Positions 38,429-47,405 of a stretch of 64,000 bases of DNA are shown piece after piece; the stretch's first letter is position 1, and every line of letters begins with the position of its first letter. The stretch lies in contig NZ_JMCB01000003.1 in assembly GCF_000737315.1 (NCBI RefSeq), positions 372,001 to 436,000 on the forward strand. Direction: 5' to 3'. The position numbers were made by a program, and so were the translations under genes. The notes below the pieces were generated by a model. The model did not search any database. It had not been told where the DNA came from and saw nothing but the letters and a program-made list of their open reading frames with translations. The stretch is from Hyalangium minutum (GTDB lineage Bacteria; Myxococcota; Myxococcia; Myxococcales; Myxococcaceae).

Positions 38429-39085
38429 CTACAGGTCGACGATGCCAGCTCGCAGGGCCAACACTACGGCCTCCACGTGTGAGTTGACGCCCATCTTCCG
38501 ATAGATATGGGACAGATGGGTGCGCACCGTGCGGCGCTCCATCGTCATCACCTGCCCCACCTCGGCGTTGGACAGGCCCTTGGCCACGTAGCGCAGCACC
38601 TCGAACTCCATGGGGCTCAGGTCCCAGGGGTTCTCCTTCTTCTCGGGCGGCTTGGCCTGGATGGACTGGAAGTAGTTCCAGAACTTCTTGGCGATGATGG
38701 GCTCGAGCACCGTGCCGCCCTCCATCACGTCTTTGATGCCCGAGCGGATCTTCTCCGGCCCCACCCGCTTCACCAGGTAGCCCGAGGCCCCGGCCTGGAT
38801 GGCCTCGTACACCTTCTGCTCGTCCTCGAACGAGGTGAGGATGAGGATCTCCACCTCGGGGGCCCGGCGCTTCACCCGCTGGGTGACTTGGATGCCGTTG
38901 ATCCCCGGCAGCTCCAGATCCAGCAGGACGATCTGGGGCCGCACGTTGACGATGTCCGTGACGGCCTCCTCGCCATCCTGCGAGGTGCCCACCACCTCCA
39001 GCTCCGGGAACGTCCCCAGGACCTTCACCAGGTTCTTGAGGAGTTGGGGCTGATCCTCGACGACGTAGACGCGCGTCCGCTCCAT
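38429..39085 (-). CDS. NarL/LuxR-family response regulator
   Basis: REC (VVED, LLDLELP, LTS, YLVK) + LuxR HTH (LSPMEFEVL...GLSNAEV...TVRTHLSHIYRKMGV). Confidence 0.93.
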   Translation of the reverse strand: MERTRVYVVEDQPQLLKNLVKVLGTFPELEVVGTSQDGEEAVTDIVNVRPQIVLLDLELPGINGIQVTQRVKRRAPEVEILILTSFEDEQKVYEAIQAGASGYLVKRVGPEKIRSGIKDVMEGGTVLEPIIAKKFWNYFQSIQAKPPEKKENPWDLSPMEFEVLRYVAKGLSNAEVGQVMTMERRTVRTHLSHIYRKMGVNSHVEAVVLALRAGIVDL

Positions 39086-39087
39086 GT

Positions 39088-41496
39088 TCAGCGCCTCGGG
39101 GCCGTTTCGAACCGTTGATCGATGGTCCGGTGCTGCCCACGCTCGAAGCGCAGGCTGAAGTCCACCCGCTCCTTTGTCCCAATCGCCTCCAGCGTGAAGT
39201 TCCGGGTGCCGGCCTTCACCGGATACTTGATGAGCGGCGTCCGCTTGCGGATGGGATTGCCATCGATGATGACGCGCGCCGGAGCGTTGGTCCGCAGGGT
39301 GATGAAGGCGGAGTTGGCATCGGGCCTGGGCGTGTCGGAGCTGTCCTCCCGCTCGTCCGGCACGGTGGCCGAGGGCGGCCGGGGCAGCTCGGGCGCCGGA
39401 GGCTGCTTCAAGGGCATCCCGTATTGGTCCATTGCCCCGCTGAGGGCGGACGCGCGCGGATCAATGGGCGCCGGAGGGGGTGGCTTGGCGGGCTGCGCCG
39501 GAGCAGGAGGCGTATCGTCCCCGAACCGCCACACCGCGAAGGCAAAGGCGACGAAGCCCACCGTGGCGATCGACAGCGCGAGCGCCAAGGCCTTGTGGCG
39601 GCGCTGCGCCATGGACAGCAGGTTGCGCTCTTCGGTGAGCAGGCGCCGCCCGTCGCTGGTACGAGGGACGTTGTCACTCGTCGGCGGGGGCATGGGGATC
39701 TCGGGCCGATCCCGGGAGACGTAGACGGAGGTGGGCTCCTCGGGCGGAGGCGCACGCACCAGCGAGGGGGGCGGCCGCTCGGGGGCCGAGGGCGGCAGCG
39801 CGGCTCGGGAGCCCGTTCCTTTCTTGATGGGCGCGGGCGGAGGTGGCGACTCCTCTTGGGCTTTGACGTCGTCGGCGAGGCGCGTCTTCTCGTCGGAAAA
39901 GTCCTCCACCCACTTCATGCGCGGGTTGCGGCCGACGTGCGTGCCCTCGCGGCCGACGTGCGTACCCTCGCGGCCATTGCCCGCGCCTCCGGGCAGGATG
40001 ACCTGCTTGCGCGGCTTGGGTGGCGCGGCACCCGGTGGTGCATCCCAGCCCTGTTCCAGCGGCCCCACCCGGCTGGGCTCCGTGTCCTCCTTCGCCGTGG
40101 TGGCCACGGGCGGCTGCTGGCCCACGCGGGTGGGCTCCAGCGGAGCGTAGGTCTCCGGACGAGGCGGAGTGTCGACAGGCGTGGTGTCCAGCGTGGGCTC
40201 CGCCAGCGGCGGGCGGATGACGGTGGGCGCCTGCGTGGGCTCTGGCTCCGCCGGGGATGGGCGGATCACCGTTGGAGACAGTGCGGGCTCCATCGCGGTC
40301 GGACGGCTGTGGGCCGGAGCTGCCTGCTCCTGAGCGGGCGGGCCGAGCTGGGTGGGCTCCTGGGCGGGCCAAGCCCCTGCAGGAGCCTTGGGCGCCGTGA
40401 GCAGGGTGGCCTCCTTGGCGGCCCACTGCTCCGGCTTGAACTCCTCGAAGAGGGGGGCTGCCTCGGTGGTTTCGGCGGAGGACTCTTCCTCGCTGAGTGC
40501 GCGGCTGAACGAGGGGCGCGCCACCACGGAGAGCTCCAGGGGCTCGGCGCGCACGTGGGCGATCTCCGCCCCGGAGACGGGGGTGAGCGTGAAGGGCTCG
40601 GAGAACGGCACGGGCCCGAGCGTGGAGAGGTTCACCTCGTTGGGGACGAGATCGCGCACGAAGCGGCGCATGTCCTCGTGGCCCGGCATGCCGCCTTGCG
40701 AGGTGAAGAAGTTGCGCAGCGCGCCCGCGAAGTCCGCAGCCGAGCGGAAGCGGCGGTTCGGGAACGGCTCCAGCGCCCGGAGGATGATTGGATCCAGCCG
40801 TGAGTTGATGCGGCGATCCAGGCGGCTGGGCGGCGGCAGGCCGCCGCTGCGGGTGCTGAGGTTGCCGGTGGCGACGACGGCCTCGCGCAGGGTGAGCAGC
40901 TCGTAGGCAATGGCGCCCAGGGAGTACACGTCCGAGGCGGCGGTGGGCTCCTCTCCTCGGCCGACTTCGGGAGCGCGGTAGGCGCTGCGGCCGCGAGTGG
41001 CGAAGCCCCGCTTGAGCTCGGGCACGGCCATCAGCGCTTTGAGCGCGCCGAAGTCACAGATGCCCGGCGAGCCCTCGCGCGACAACAGCAGGTTGCCGGG
41101 GGTGATGGCGCCGTGGATGACGCCCGCGTCGTGCGCCTTCTGCACCATCTCCAGCAACTGGATGATGAGATAGATCGCGAGCGCGGACGGGAGGATGACC
41201 TCCTTGGTGTTGAGCCGCTGGAGCGCGATGCCCAGCGTGTAGCCGTCCACATTCTCGCGGACGACGGCGAGGCGCTGCTTCACGAAGCCGATGTCCACGG
41301 TGTGGACGATGCCCACGTGGTGCAGCGGGTTGAGCACGCGCGAGGTCTCCGCCAGCACCCGTGCGTAGGCCGGATCCGAAGTCTTCGGGTGGAACAGCTT
41401 CACCACCACGTCGCCGTCGGAGTCCTCCGAAGCCTTGTAGAGCTCGGCCAGGTCTCCCGTCTCGATGCGGCCGGTGAGCCGATAGTTGGCCGTCAT
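39088..41496 (-). CDS. Membrane Ser/Thr pseudokinase with Pro-rich linker and C-terminal PEGA-like domain
   Basis: Start ATG 41496 (MTANYRL). Kinase fold keeps VVVK, DFG, YRAPE and DVYSLG, but HRD is replaced by HGA and the Gly-loop is degenerate. TM ALALSIATVGFVAFAFAVW. Confidence 0.8.
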   Translation of the reverse strand: MTANYRLTGRIETGDLAELYKASEDSDGDVVVKLFHPKTSDPAYARVLAETSRVLNPLHHVGIVHTVDIGFVKQRLAVVRENVDGYTLGIALQRLNTKEVILPSALAIYLIIQLLEMVQKAHDAGVIHGAITPGNLLLSREGSPGICDFGALKALMAVPELKRGFATRGRSAYRAPEVGRGEEPTAASDVYSLGAIAYELLTLREAVVATGNLSTRSGGLPPPSRLDRRINSRLDPIILRALEPFPNRRFRSAADFAGALRNFFTSQGGMPGHEDMRRFVRDLVPNEVNLSTLGPVPFSEPFTLTPVSGAEIAHVRAEPLELSVVARPSFSRALSEEESSAETTEAAPLFEEFKPEQWAAKEATLLTAPKAPAGAWPAQEPTQLGPPAQEQAAPAHSRPTAMEPALSPTVIRPSPAEPEPTQAPTVIRPPLAEPTLDTTPVDTPPRPETYAPLEPTRVGQQPPVATTAKEDTEPSRVGPLEQGWDAPPGAAPPKPRKQVILPGGAGNGREGTHVGREGTHVGRNPRMKWVEDFSDEKTRLADDVKAQEESPPPPAPIKKGTGSRAALPPSAPERPPPSLVRAPPPEEPTSVYVSRDRPEIPMPPPTSDNVPRTSDGRRLLTEERNLLSMAQRRHKALALALSIATVGFVAFAFAVWRFGDDTPPAPAQPAKPPPPAPIDPRASALSGAMDQYGMPLKQPPAPELPRPPSATVPDEREDSSDTPRPDANSAFITLRTNAPARVIIDGNPIRKRTPLIKYPVKAGTRNFTLEAIGTKERVDFSLRFERGQHRTIDQRFETAPRR
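39928..39975 (-). repeat. 21-bp coding tandem duplication (GREGTHV x2)
   Basis: gcggccgacgtgcgtgccctc / gcggccgacgtgcgtaccctc / gcggcc. Confidence 0.8.
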
Positions 41497-41792
41497 CCCT
41501 TGCCCGCCCGGCGCCGGACGGCGGAGAAGTGGAAGCCGCACCACACGCACGTCTCGCCCTTGCGGCCCCGAGGCAGCTCCAGCGTGCACCCAGGGCAGCG
41601 CGGCAGCGGGCGGGCGGAGCGGACCTGGCGGGCGGGCTTGCTGGCCTTCGTGCGGACCTGACCGGAGGATGACGCGGCGCGCCGCACGTGCACCTCGAGC
41701 CGACGCACCCGGTCCTCCAGGGCTTCGATTCGGGCGGACAGCCGCGCGTGGATCTCGGCGTCCGAGGGCTGGCGTCTGTCGGGAGACCGCAT
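41493..41792 (-). CDS. Small coiled-coil + zinc-ribbon protein
   Basis: 99-aa tail of the long antisense ORF: MRSPDRR...LSARIEALEDRVRRLE...CPGC...CVWC. Its stop overlaps the pseudokinase start (ATGA). Confidence 0.65.
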   Translation of the reverse strand: MRSPDRRQPSDAEIHARLSARIEALEDRVRRLEVHVRRAASSSGQVRTKASKPARQVRSARPLPRCPGCTLELPRGRKGETCVWCGFHFSAVRRRAGKG

Positions 41793-41888
41793 CTGGCTGG
41801 GAGCGTGCCACGCTCCCTTGGATGCCCGCAAGGAGGACTCGCCGTCCGGGTGCCTCCCACCGAGGGCCGTGTTAAGACTTGGGATCCC

Positions 41889-43580
41889 TTGGCACCGACA
41901 GTCCCCGCGAACGCACCCATCCCCGGCGGTCCCTTGCCGGATCCCCTGCACGGAAGCTTCCGCTCCTCGCTGAACCGCGCCCATGCGGAGAATGCCGCCC
42001 GGCGCGCCCACGAGCTGCTGACGGACGAGGCGCTTGGCCGCCTGCTCACGGCCCCGCGTGAGGGCGAGGACACCCCGCGAGCGCGGGACGTGTTCGTCAA
42101 CCGCAACCTGCGCATGTCGTCCGTCGAGCTGATTGGCTTCGACATGGACTACACGCTGGCCATCTACCACATGCGCCGGCTCGAGCAGCTGTCGTTCGAC
42201 ATGACGCTGGCGAAGCTGGTGGGCCAGTACGGGTACAACCCGGTGATTGGCCACCTGCTCTACGACCACCACTTCGTGATGCGCGGGCTGGCGGTGGATC
42301 GGGTGCACGGCAACATCCTGAAGATGGACCGGTTCGGGCACGTGGGGCGCGCGTGGCACGGGCTGCGGCCGCTGAAGCCGGAGGTGCGGCGCGAGCTGTA
42401 CCGCAACAAGCTGGTCCGCCCGAAGGATCCTCGGTTTGCGTGGAATGACACGCTGTTCGCGCTGCCGGAGACGTGCCTGTACGCGGGCATCATCGAGCTG
42501 CTGGAGTCGCTGGGCGAGCGCGTGGACTACGGCAGGCTCTACGACAACATCCGCGAGGCGATCGACACGGTGCACCGGGACAACTCGCTCAAGCGCGAGG
42601 TGCGCAAGGACATCTCCCGGTACATCTTCCAGGATCCGGAGCTGGGGCACGCGCTGCACAAACTGCGCTCGGGCCACAAGAAGCTGTTCCTGCTGACGAA
42701 CTCGGCGTGGGACTACACGGACGCGGTGATGCGCTACCTGCTGGACGGGCAGCTGCCGGAGTACACGAGCTGGCGCAACTACTTCGACTTCGTGGTGACG
42801 GCGGCGGGCAAGCCGGGGTTCTTCTCGGATCAGCGCCCGTTCCTGGAGCTGGACTCCACCTCCGAGGAGGGCCGCGTGGTGGGCCAGGCCAAGATCCTGG
42901 AGCGCGGCAAGGTGTACTCGGGTGGCAACCTGGCGCAGTTCGAGGAGTTCACCGGTCACCGGGGCGAGAACATCCTCTACGTGGGAGACCACATCTACGG
43001 CGACATCCTCAAGTCGAAGAAGTCCTCGCTGTGGCGCACGTGCATGGTGGTCCAGGAGCTGGAGGACGAGATCGCCTACACGGACTCGCGGCGGGAGGAC
43101 ATCGCCCGGCTCTCCGAGATCGAGATCACGCGGGCGCGGCTGGACGACGAGGTGAACGCCATCAAGACAGCGCTCAACGCGGTGGAGCGCCGTCTGGAGC
43201 GTGACACGCTGAGTGCGGCCGAGCGCGCGCACGAAGAAGAGGAGCGCAAGAAGCTCAAGGGTGAGCTGGATCTGGTGCGCCGGGCGCTGAAGGAGGCGAC
43301 GGGGATCGCGGACACGCTGGAGCAGGACGTGGAGGAAGGCTTCAACCCGTACTGGGGCTTGCTGTTCAAGGAGGGCAACGAGAACAGCCGCTTCGGGTAC
43401 CAGGTGGAGCAGTACGCGTGCCTCTACACGAGCCGCGTGTCGAACTTCCTGCACTACTCGCCCATGCAGTACCACCGCTCGCCTCGGGATCAGATGCCGC
43501 ACGAGCAAGCCGGAGCGCTGTCCGGGAAGCTGTCGCCGCTGGGCAGCGAGGGCCCCCCCAAGGGTTCCAGCAAAGAGTGA
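41889..43580 (+). CDS. HAD-IG family 5'-nucleotidase (cN-II-like)
   Basis: GFDMDYTL, LLTNS, KPGFF, YVGDHIYGDIL, FNPYWG, YACLYTSRVSN. Start uncertain (TTG 41889 chosen). Confidence 0.88.
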   Translation: MAPTVPANAPIPGGPLPDPLHGSFRSSLNRAHAENAARRAHELLTDEALGRLLTAPREGEDTPRARDVFVNRNLRMSSVELIGFDMDYTLAIYHMRRLEQLSFDMTLAKLVGQYGYNPVIGHLLYDHHFVMRGLAVDRVHGNILKMDRFGHVGRAWHGLRPLKPEVRRELYRNKLVRPKDPRFAWNDTLFALPETCLYAGIIELLESLGERVDYGRLYDNIREAIDTVHRDNSLKREVRKDISRYIFQDPELGHALHKLRSGHKKLFLLTNSAWDYTDAVMRYLLDGQLPEYTSWRNYFDFVVTAAGKPGFFSDQRPFLELDSTSEEGRVVGQAKILERGKVYSGGNLAQFEEFTGHRGENILYVGDHIYGDILKSKKSSLWRTCMVVQELEDEIAYTDSRREDIARLSEIEITRARLDDEVNAIKTALNAVERRLERDTLSAAERAHEEEERKKLKGELDLVRRALKEATGIADTLEQDVEEGFNPYWGLLFKEGNENSRFGYQVEQYACLYTSRVSNFLHYSPMQYHRSPRDQMPHEQAGALSGKLSPLGSEGPPKGSSKE

Positions 43581-43591
43581 AATGCGAGAGT

Positions 43592-43972
43592 TTATTCGAG
43601 TTTTGGAGGGCCTAACTCCTCAGGAAGTGGCGTGCGCAGAAAACTCAGCCCTTTCGGCAACCGAATGACTTGAAAGCCTTGGCCGGAGATCTTGACGAGT
43701 TCACCGTCAGAGGCGGTACCGGTGGCCAGCCATTCGTCCGCCTCTTGCCGCGTCGAGAACACCCGCGAGACGGTCACCTGAAACGAAGGATCAAAGAATT
43801 CGCGATAGTACTTCAGGAAGTCATCCAACTTCTTGATCCGCCGGACATACAGCAGGGATATCGCAGCGAGTTGAATAGAGCCTTCCTCCTGCGAGCCCTC
43901 CGGGTAGTTCTTGCTCACTTCATCGAGGACTCGCAAGACGCGGTCCATCTCAAAGTCCTTGATCTGTGACAT
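43592..43972 (-). CDS. Small hypothetical protein, possible orphan immunity gene
   Basis: 126 aa, visibly lower GC and different codon usage than neighbours; preceded by a decayed partner gene. Confidence 0.65.
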   Translation of the reverse strand: MSQIKDFEMDRVLRVLDEVSKNYPEGSQEEGSIQLAAISLLYVRRIKKLDDFLKYYREFFDPSFQVTVSRVFSTRQEADEWLATGTASDGELVKISGQGFQVIRLPKGLSFLRTPLPEELGPPKLE

Positions 43973-43995
43973 CTCAGCGCCAAACCTTTCGCAGC

Positions 43996-44172
43996 CTACA
44001 ACGCGAGCGGAGCTAGAAGCAGCGCACCTGAACCGCCCGTCGCGACCACGAAAGCAACACCCGCGACGACAACGACGGTCCCGATGGCCACCTCGGTCTT
44101 ATGCTCTCTGAGCCAAGTGAGCGCCCTTTCGATGTTTGAGAACTCAAGGCGCTTCTTATCCTTTTCAACTCC
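43996..44172 (-). pseudogene. C-terminal remnant of a small myxobacterial membrane/toxin-like protein
   Basis: Manual translation: GVEKDKKRLEFSNIERALTWLREHKTEVAIGTVVVVAGVAFVVATGGSGALLLAPLAL*. No ATG before an upstream in-frame TGA at 44278-44280. Confidence 0.55.
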
Positions 44173-44602
44173 GAGCTGTACGTCATCTCCCAGATCGTCG
44201 AGAGCACCACCTCCTCGACGGATTCCTCCTCCAGTTCGTGGTCCTCCAGCTCCTCGGACTCGTCCTGGTCCTCGTCCTCAGAGTCCTCCTGGCCCTCGTC
44301 GAGCTCCGACTCCAGCTCCAGCTCGTCCTCGGACAGCTCGGGAGGCGGCGGCTCCGACTGGTAGCGCTCCGGGCTCCGAGGCTCGAGTCGCTGCCTCCTT
44401 CCGAGCCGCGGCTGAGGGCGTCCGTATGGACTGGAGCTTTGAGGGCTGCACCCGCGCACGTGTCTCGACAGTGACGCACCTTGGGAGCCGCTGCGTTCGA
44501 CAGGCGGCGACACCCTCGGAGATCCCGAAAAACCCGGCCGGCTCAATCTCCACCGAAGAACCGGTCGGCAGGCGCATGCCCGGAAGCGGAAGGAGATGCG
44601 AC

Positions 44603-46912
44603 ATGGGGTACGGACGCGGCAGTCACGAGCCTACAGGTGACGCAAGTTCTCGGCGAAAGCGGATCTTTGCAGCTCTGGTGGCGCTGGCCTTGGGAGGCGC
44701 ATGTAACACGGCGGGCTCGGACGAGGATGCGCGAGCCCGGCGCGAGGGGAACCTGGGCGACGAGGTGTGCGAGGTTCCCCCCTACACGCCTCACTTCGAG
44801 CCCGCGCTGCAGTGGGCGTGGACGGGCAGCCCCGTCCTCCCCGAGTACAACCAGGTGATGATGACGCCGGCCGTCGCCGACGTGAACCAGGACGGCACGC
44901 CCGACATCATCTTCAGCTCCTTCCGGGACATCCCGAACGATGACTTCGACTGGCGCGAGGGCGTGCTGCGCGCCATCAGCGGCAACGACGGGCACGACCT
45001 GTGGACCGTCACGGATCCGGCCTACCGCATCAAGGCTGCGGCCAGCATCGCGGTGGGCGACATCGACAATGACGGCAAGGTGGAGATCTGCGGCATCCCG
45101 ACGGATGGCCGCGGCATCATCTGCTACGAGAACGACGGCACCTTCAAGTTCCGCACGGCACCGGACGCGTTCGATTACAACGAGTGGGGCGGGCCTTCGC
45201 TGGCGGACCTCGACGGTGATGGCACCGTGGAGATCCTCGACGGCAATCGGGTGTACAGCAACACGGGCGCGCTGAAGTGGGTGGGCTCGGATGGCATGGG
45301 CGGCGCGCAGTACACCGGCCCGGTATCCTTCGCGGCAGACATCGATGGGGATGGCATCCAGGAACTTGTCAACGGCCGCGCCATTTACCGGGCCGATGGC
45401 ACCCTCAAGTGCGCCAACACGAACATCCCGCAGGGGCTCGCGGCGGTGGGCAACTTCGACGGTGACACGAAGGGCGAGATCGTCATCTCGGGCTACGGCA
45501 AGGTGAGCCTGTTGGATGATGACTGCTCGTTGGAGTGGAGCGTGAACATCCCGGGCGGCTGCGTGAACGGCTGCGGCGGCGCACCGACGCTGGCGGATGT
45601 GGACAACGATGGCCTGCCGGAGATCGGCGTGGCGGGCGAGAACTCCTTCACCGTCTTCGAGACGGACGGCAGCGTGAAGTGGACGAGCCCCATTCAGGAC
45701 TGGAGCTCGGGCAAGGCGGGCGCGACGGCGTTCGACTTCGAGGACGACGGCCACATCGAGTTCGTCTTCGCGGACGAGGTGTCGCTGCGCATCTACAACG
45801 GTGCCACCGGTGCCATCCGCTGGCAGACGCGGCACAGTTCGGGGACGACGCACGAGAACCCGGTCATCGCGGACGTGGATGGCGACCTGGCCGCGGAGCT
45901 GGTGGTGGCCACCAACGACCTGGCGTATCCGCCGTACCACGGCATCCGCGTGTACCACGACACGCAGGAGGGCTGGGCGCGCACGCGGCCGATCTGGAAC
46001 CAGCACGCCTACTCGGTCACGAACGTCAACGACAACGGCACCATCCCGGCGCATCCGGGGAAGCACTGGCAGTTGCCGAAGCTCAACACCTTCCGCGCCA
46101 ACGTGGCGGGCTACCTGAACGAGTGCCTGCCGCCGCCTCCTCCTCCTCCCCCGCCCCCGCCCCCGCCTCCTCCTCCCCCGCCGCCTGAGAACGAGCAGCC
46201 CGTGGCTGTTTGCAAGAACGTCACTGTCATCGCGGATGCGCAGTGCCAGGGCAGCGCCAGCGTGGACAACGGCAGCCATGATCCGGACCACCAGCCTGGG
46301 CCGTTCACCGTCTCCGAGTCGCCCACCGGTCCGTTCGGCCGGGGTACGCACAACGTGACGCTGACGGCCACCGATGGGGAGGACACGGCGCAGTGCGTGG
46401 GCCAGGTCACTGTGGTGGATGAGACGGATCCTGCGGTGAGCTGCCCTGCTCCGATCACGGTCCAGACCTGCTCGCCGGCGGGGAAGCAAGTCTCCTTCGC
46501 GGCGTCGGCTACGGACAACTGCGGCCCGGCGCAGGTCACCTGCACGCGCGCGTCTGGGTCTACCTTCCCGGTGGGCCAGACGGCGGTGAGCTGCGCGGCG
46601 GTGGACGGTTCGGAGAACAGCGCCTCGTGTGGCTTCTCCGTGACGGTCGAGGGCGACGAGACGCCGCCCTCCATCACCTGCCCCATCGCGGTCAACGCGT
46701 CGATCAGCCTGGGACAGATCTCCGCGCTCGTGCAGTTCACGGTGTCGGCCAATGACACCTGTGGCCCGGCGCAGGTCACCTGCAGCCATCCGCCCGGCTC
46801 GCTCTTCATCCCGGGGCTGACGCCCGTGACGTGCACGGCTCGGGATGCCTCGGGCAACACGGCCTCATGCAACTTCGGGATCTACGTGAGCCTGGACCTC
46901 TCCCTGCCGTAG
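44603..46912 (+). CDS. Lipoprotein: FG-GAP/VCBS propeller + poly-Pro linker + HYR domains
   Basis: AGGAG RBS before ATG 44603; lipobox LGGAC; repeats homologous to 32137-34761; C-terminal HYR-like units (CPAPITV...ATDNCG...FPVGQTAVSC). Confidence 0.85.
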   Translation: MGYGRGSHEPTGDASSRRKRIFAALVALALGGACNTAGSDEDARARREGNLGDEVCEVPPYTPHFEPALQWAWTGSPVLPEYNQVMMTPAVADVNQDGTPDIIFSSFRDIPNDDFDWREGVLRAISGNDGHDLWTVTDPAYRIKAAASIAVGDIDNDGKVEICGIPTDGRGIICYENDGTFKFRTAPDAFDYNEWGGPSLADLDGDGTVEILDGNRVYSNTGALKWVGSDGMGGAQYTGPVSFAADIDGDGIQELVNGRAIYRADGTLKCANTNIPQGLAAVGNFDGDTKGEIVISGYGKVSLLDDDCSLEWSVNIPGGCVNGCGGAPTLADVDNDGLPEIGVAGENSFTVFETDGSVKWTSPIQDWSSGKAGATAFDFEDDGHIEFVFADEVSLRIYNGATGAIRWQTRHSSGTTHENPVIADVDGDLAAELVVATNDLAYPPYHGIRVYHDTQEGWARTRPIWNQHAYSVTNVNDNGTIPAHPGKHWQLPKLNTFRANVAGYLNECLPPPPPPPPPPPPPPPPPPPENEQPVAVCKNVTVIADAQCQGSASVDNGSHDPDHQPGPFTVSESPTGPFGRGTHNVTLTATDGEDTAQCVGQVTVVDETDPAVSCPAPITVQTCSPAGKQVSFAASATDNCGPAQVTCTRASGSTFPVGQTAVSCAAVDGSENSASCGFSVTVEGDETPPSITCPIAVNASISLGQISALVQFTVSANDTCGPAQVTCSHPPGSLFIPGLTPVTCTARDASGNTASCNFGIYVSLDLSLP
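46130..46186 (+). repeat. Poly-proline tract (19 codons)
   Basis: Uninterrupted CCN codons between ECL and ENEQ. Confidence 0.85.
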
Positions 46913-46933
46913 TCTGAGGTGAGGGAGTTCTCC

Positions 46934-46968
46934 GAGGCGGAGCCGAGCTGGGTGCTCGGCTTCGCCTC
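46934..46968. terminator. 15-bp stem-loop between convergent genes
   Basis: GAGGCGGAGCCGAGC-TGGGT-GCTCGGCTTCGCCTC (one G-U wobble). Confidence 0.7.
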
Positions 46969-46999
46969 ATGGCTTTTCCAGGGCATCTGCCGTTCCTCG

Positions 47000-47257
47000 C
47001 TACTCCTTGTCGGGGTCTGCTGGAGCGGGGCGCTCGCCCGGCTCGGGGCGCCATTCCAGAGGAGTGTCCTGGCCACTGGCAGAAACAAGAAGCGCCACCA
47101 CCAGCCCACGAATATGGGGGAACCGCCGAGGAACCTCGAGGTACGCCTCGATGAGAGCATCCATCGACCCTGATGCGCGAATTCTGCGGGCCTGCTCGTT
47201 CACCCAGTCCACGACCTCCCGAGTGATCGCCTTGGGCGTCTCAGTCGTCATCGACAT
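47000..47257 (-). CDS. Small hypothetical protein
   Basis: 85 aa; its start overlaps the end of the upstream interrupted ORF, suggesting coupling. Confidence 0.5.
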   Translation of the reverse strand: MSMTTETPKAITREVVDWVNEQARRIRASGSMDALIEAYLEVPRRFPHIRGLVVALLVSASGQDTPLEWRPEPGERPAPADPDKE

Positions 47258-47405
47258 CCCGATCCTTCATGGTGCGTCGCCACAACTTTGCCACCTTCTT
47301 GAACAGCGCCTCTGTCGCGGGGTCGTCCACAACCCCGTCGCAGAAGGGGCACGGAGTGGCGTGAGGCTATCCCAGAGCGGGAGTGTTGCTGAGGAGCAGT
47401 CTCAT
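47241..47405 (-). pseudogene. Small CxxC protein with in-frame TAG
   Basis: MRLLLSNTPALG*PHATPCPFCDGVVDDPATEALFKKVAKLWRRTMKDRDVDDD*. ATG overlaps the kinase TGA; internal TAG at 47367-47369. Confidence 0.5.

Noticed and set aside
41793-43508. N-terminal 572 aa of the 671-aa minus-strand ORF
   Set aside because: Antisense to the 5'-nucleotidase; only the last 99 codons look like a real gene.
44084-44602. N-terminal extension of the 942-aa ORF
   Set aside because: Low-complexity, overlaps remnants on the other strand; a good RBS and signal/lipobox start at 44603. The same logic was used to trim ORFs starting at 1573, 2791, 9172, 12113, 21980, 29082, 31246, 41811, 53309 and 57933.
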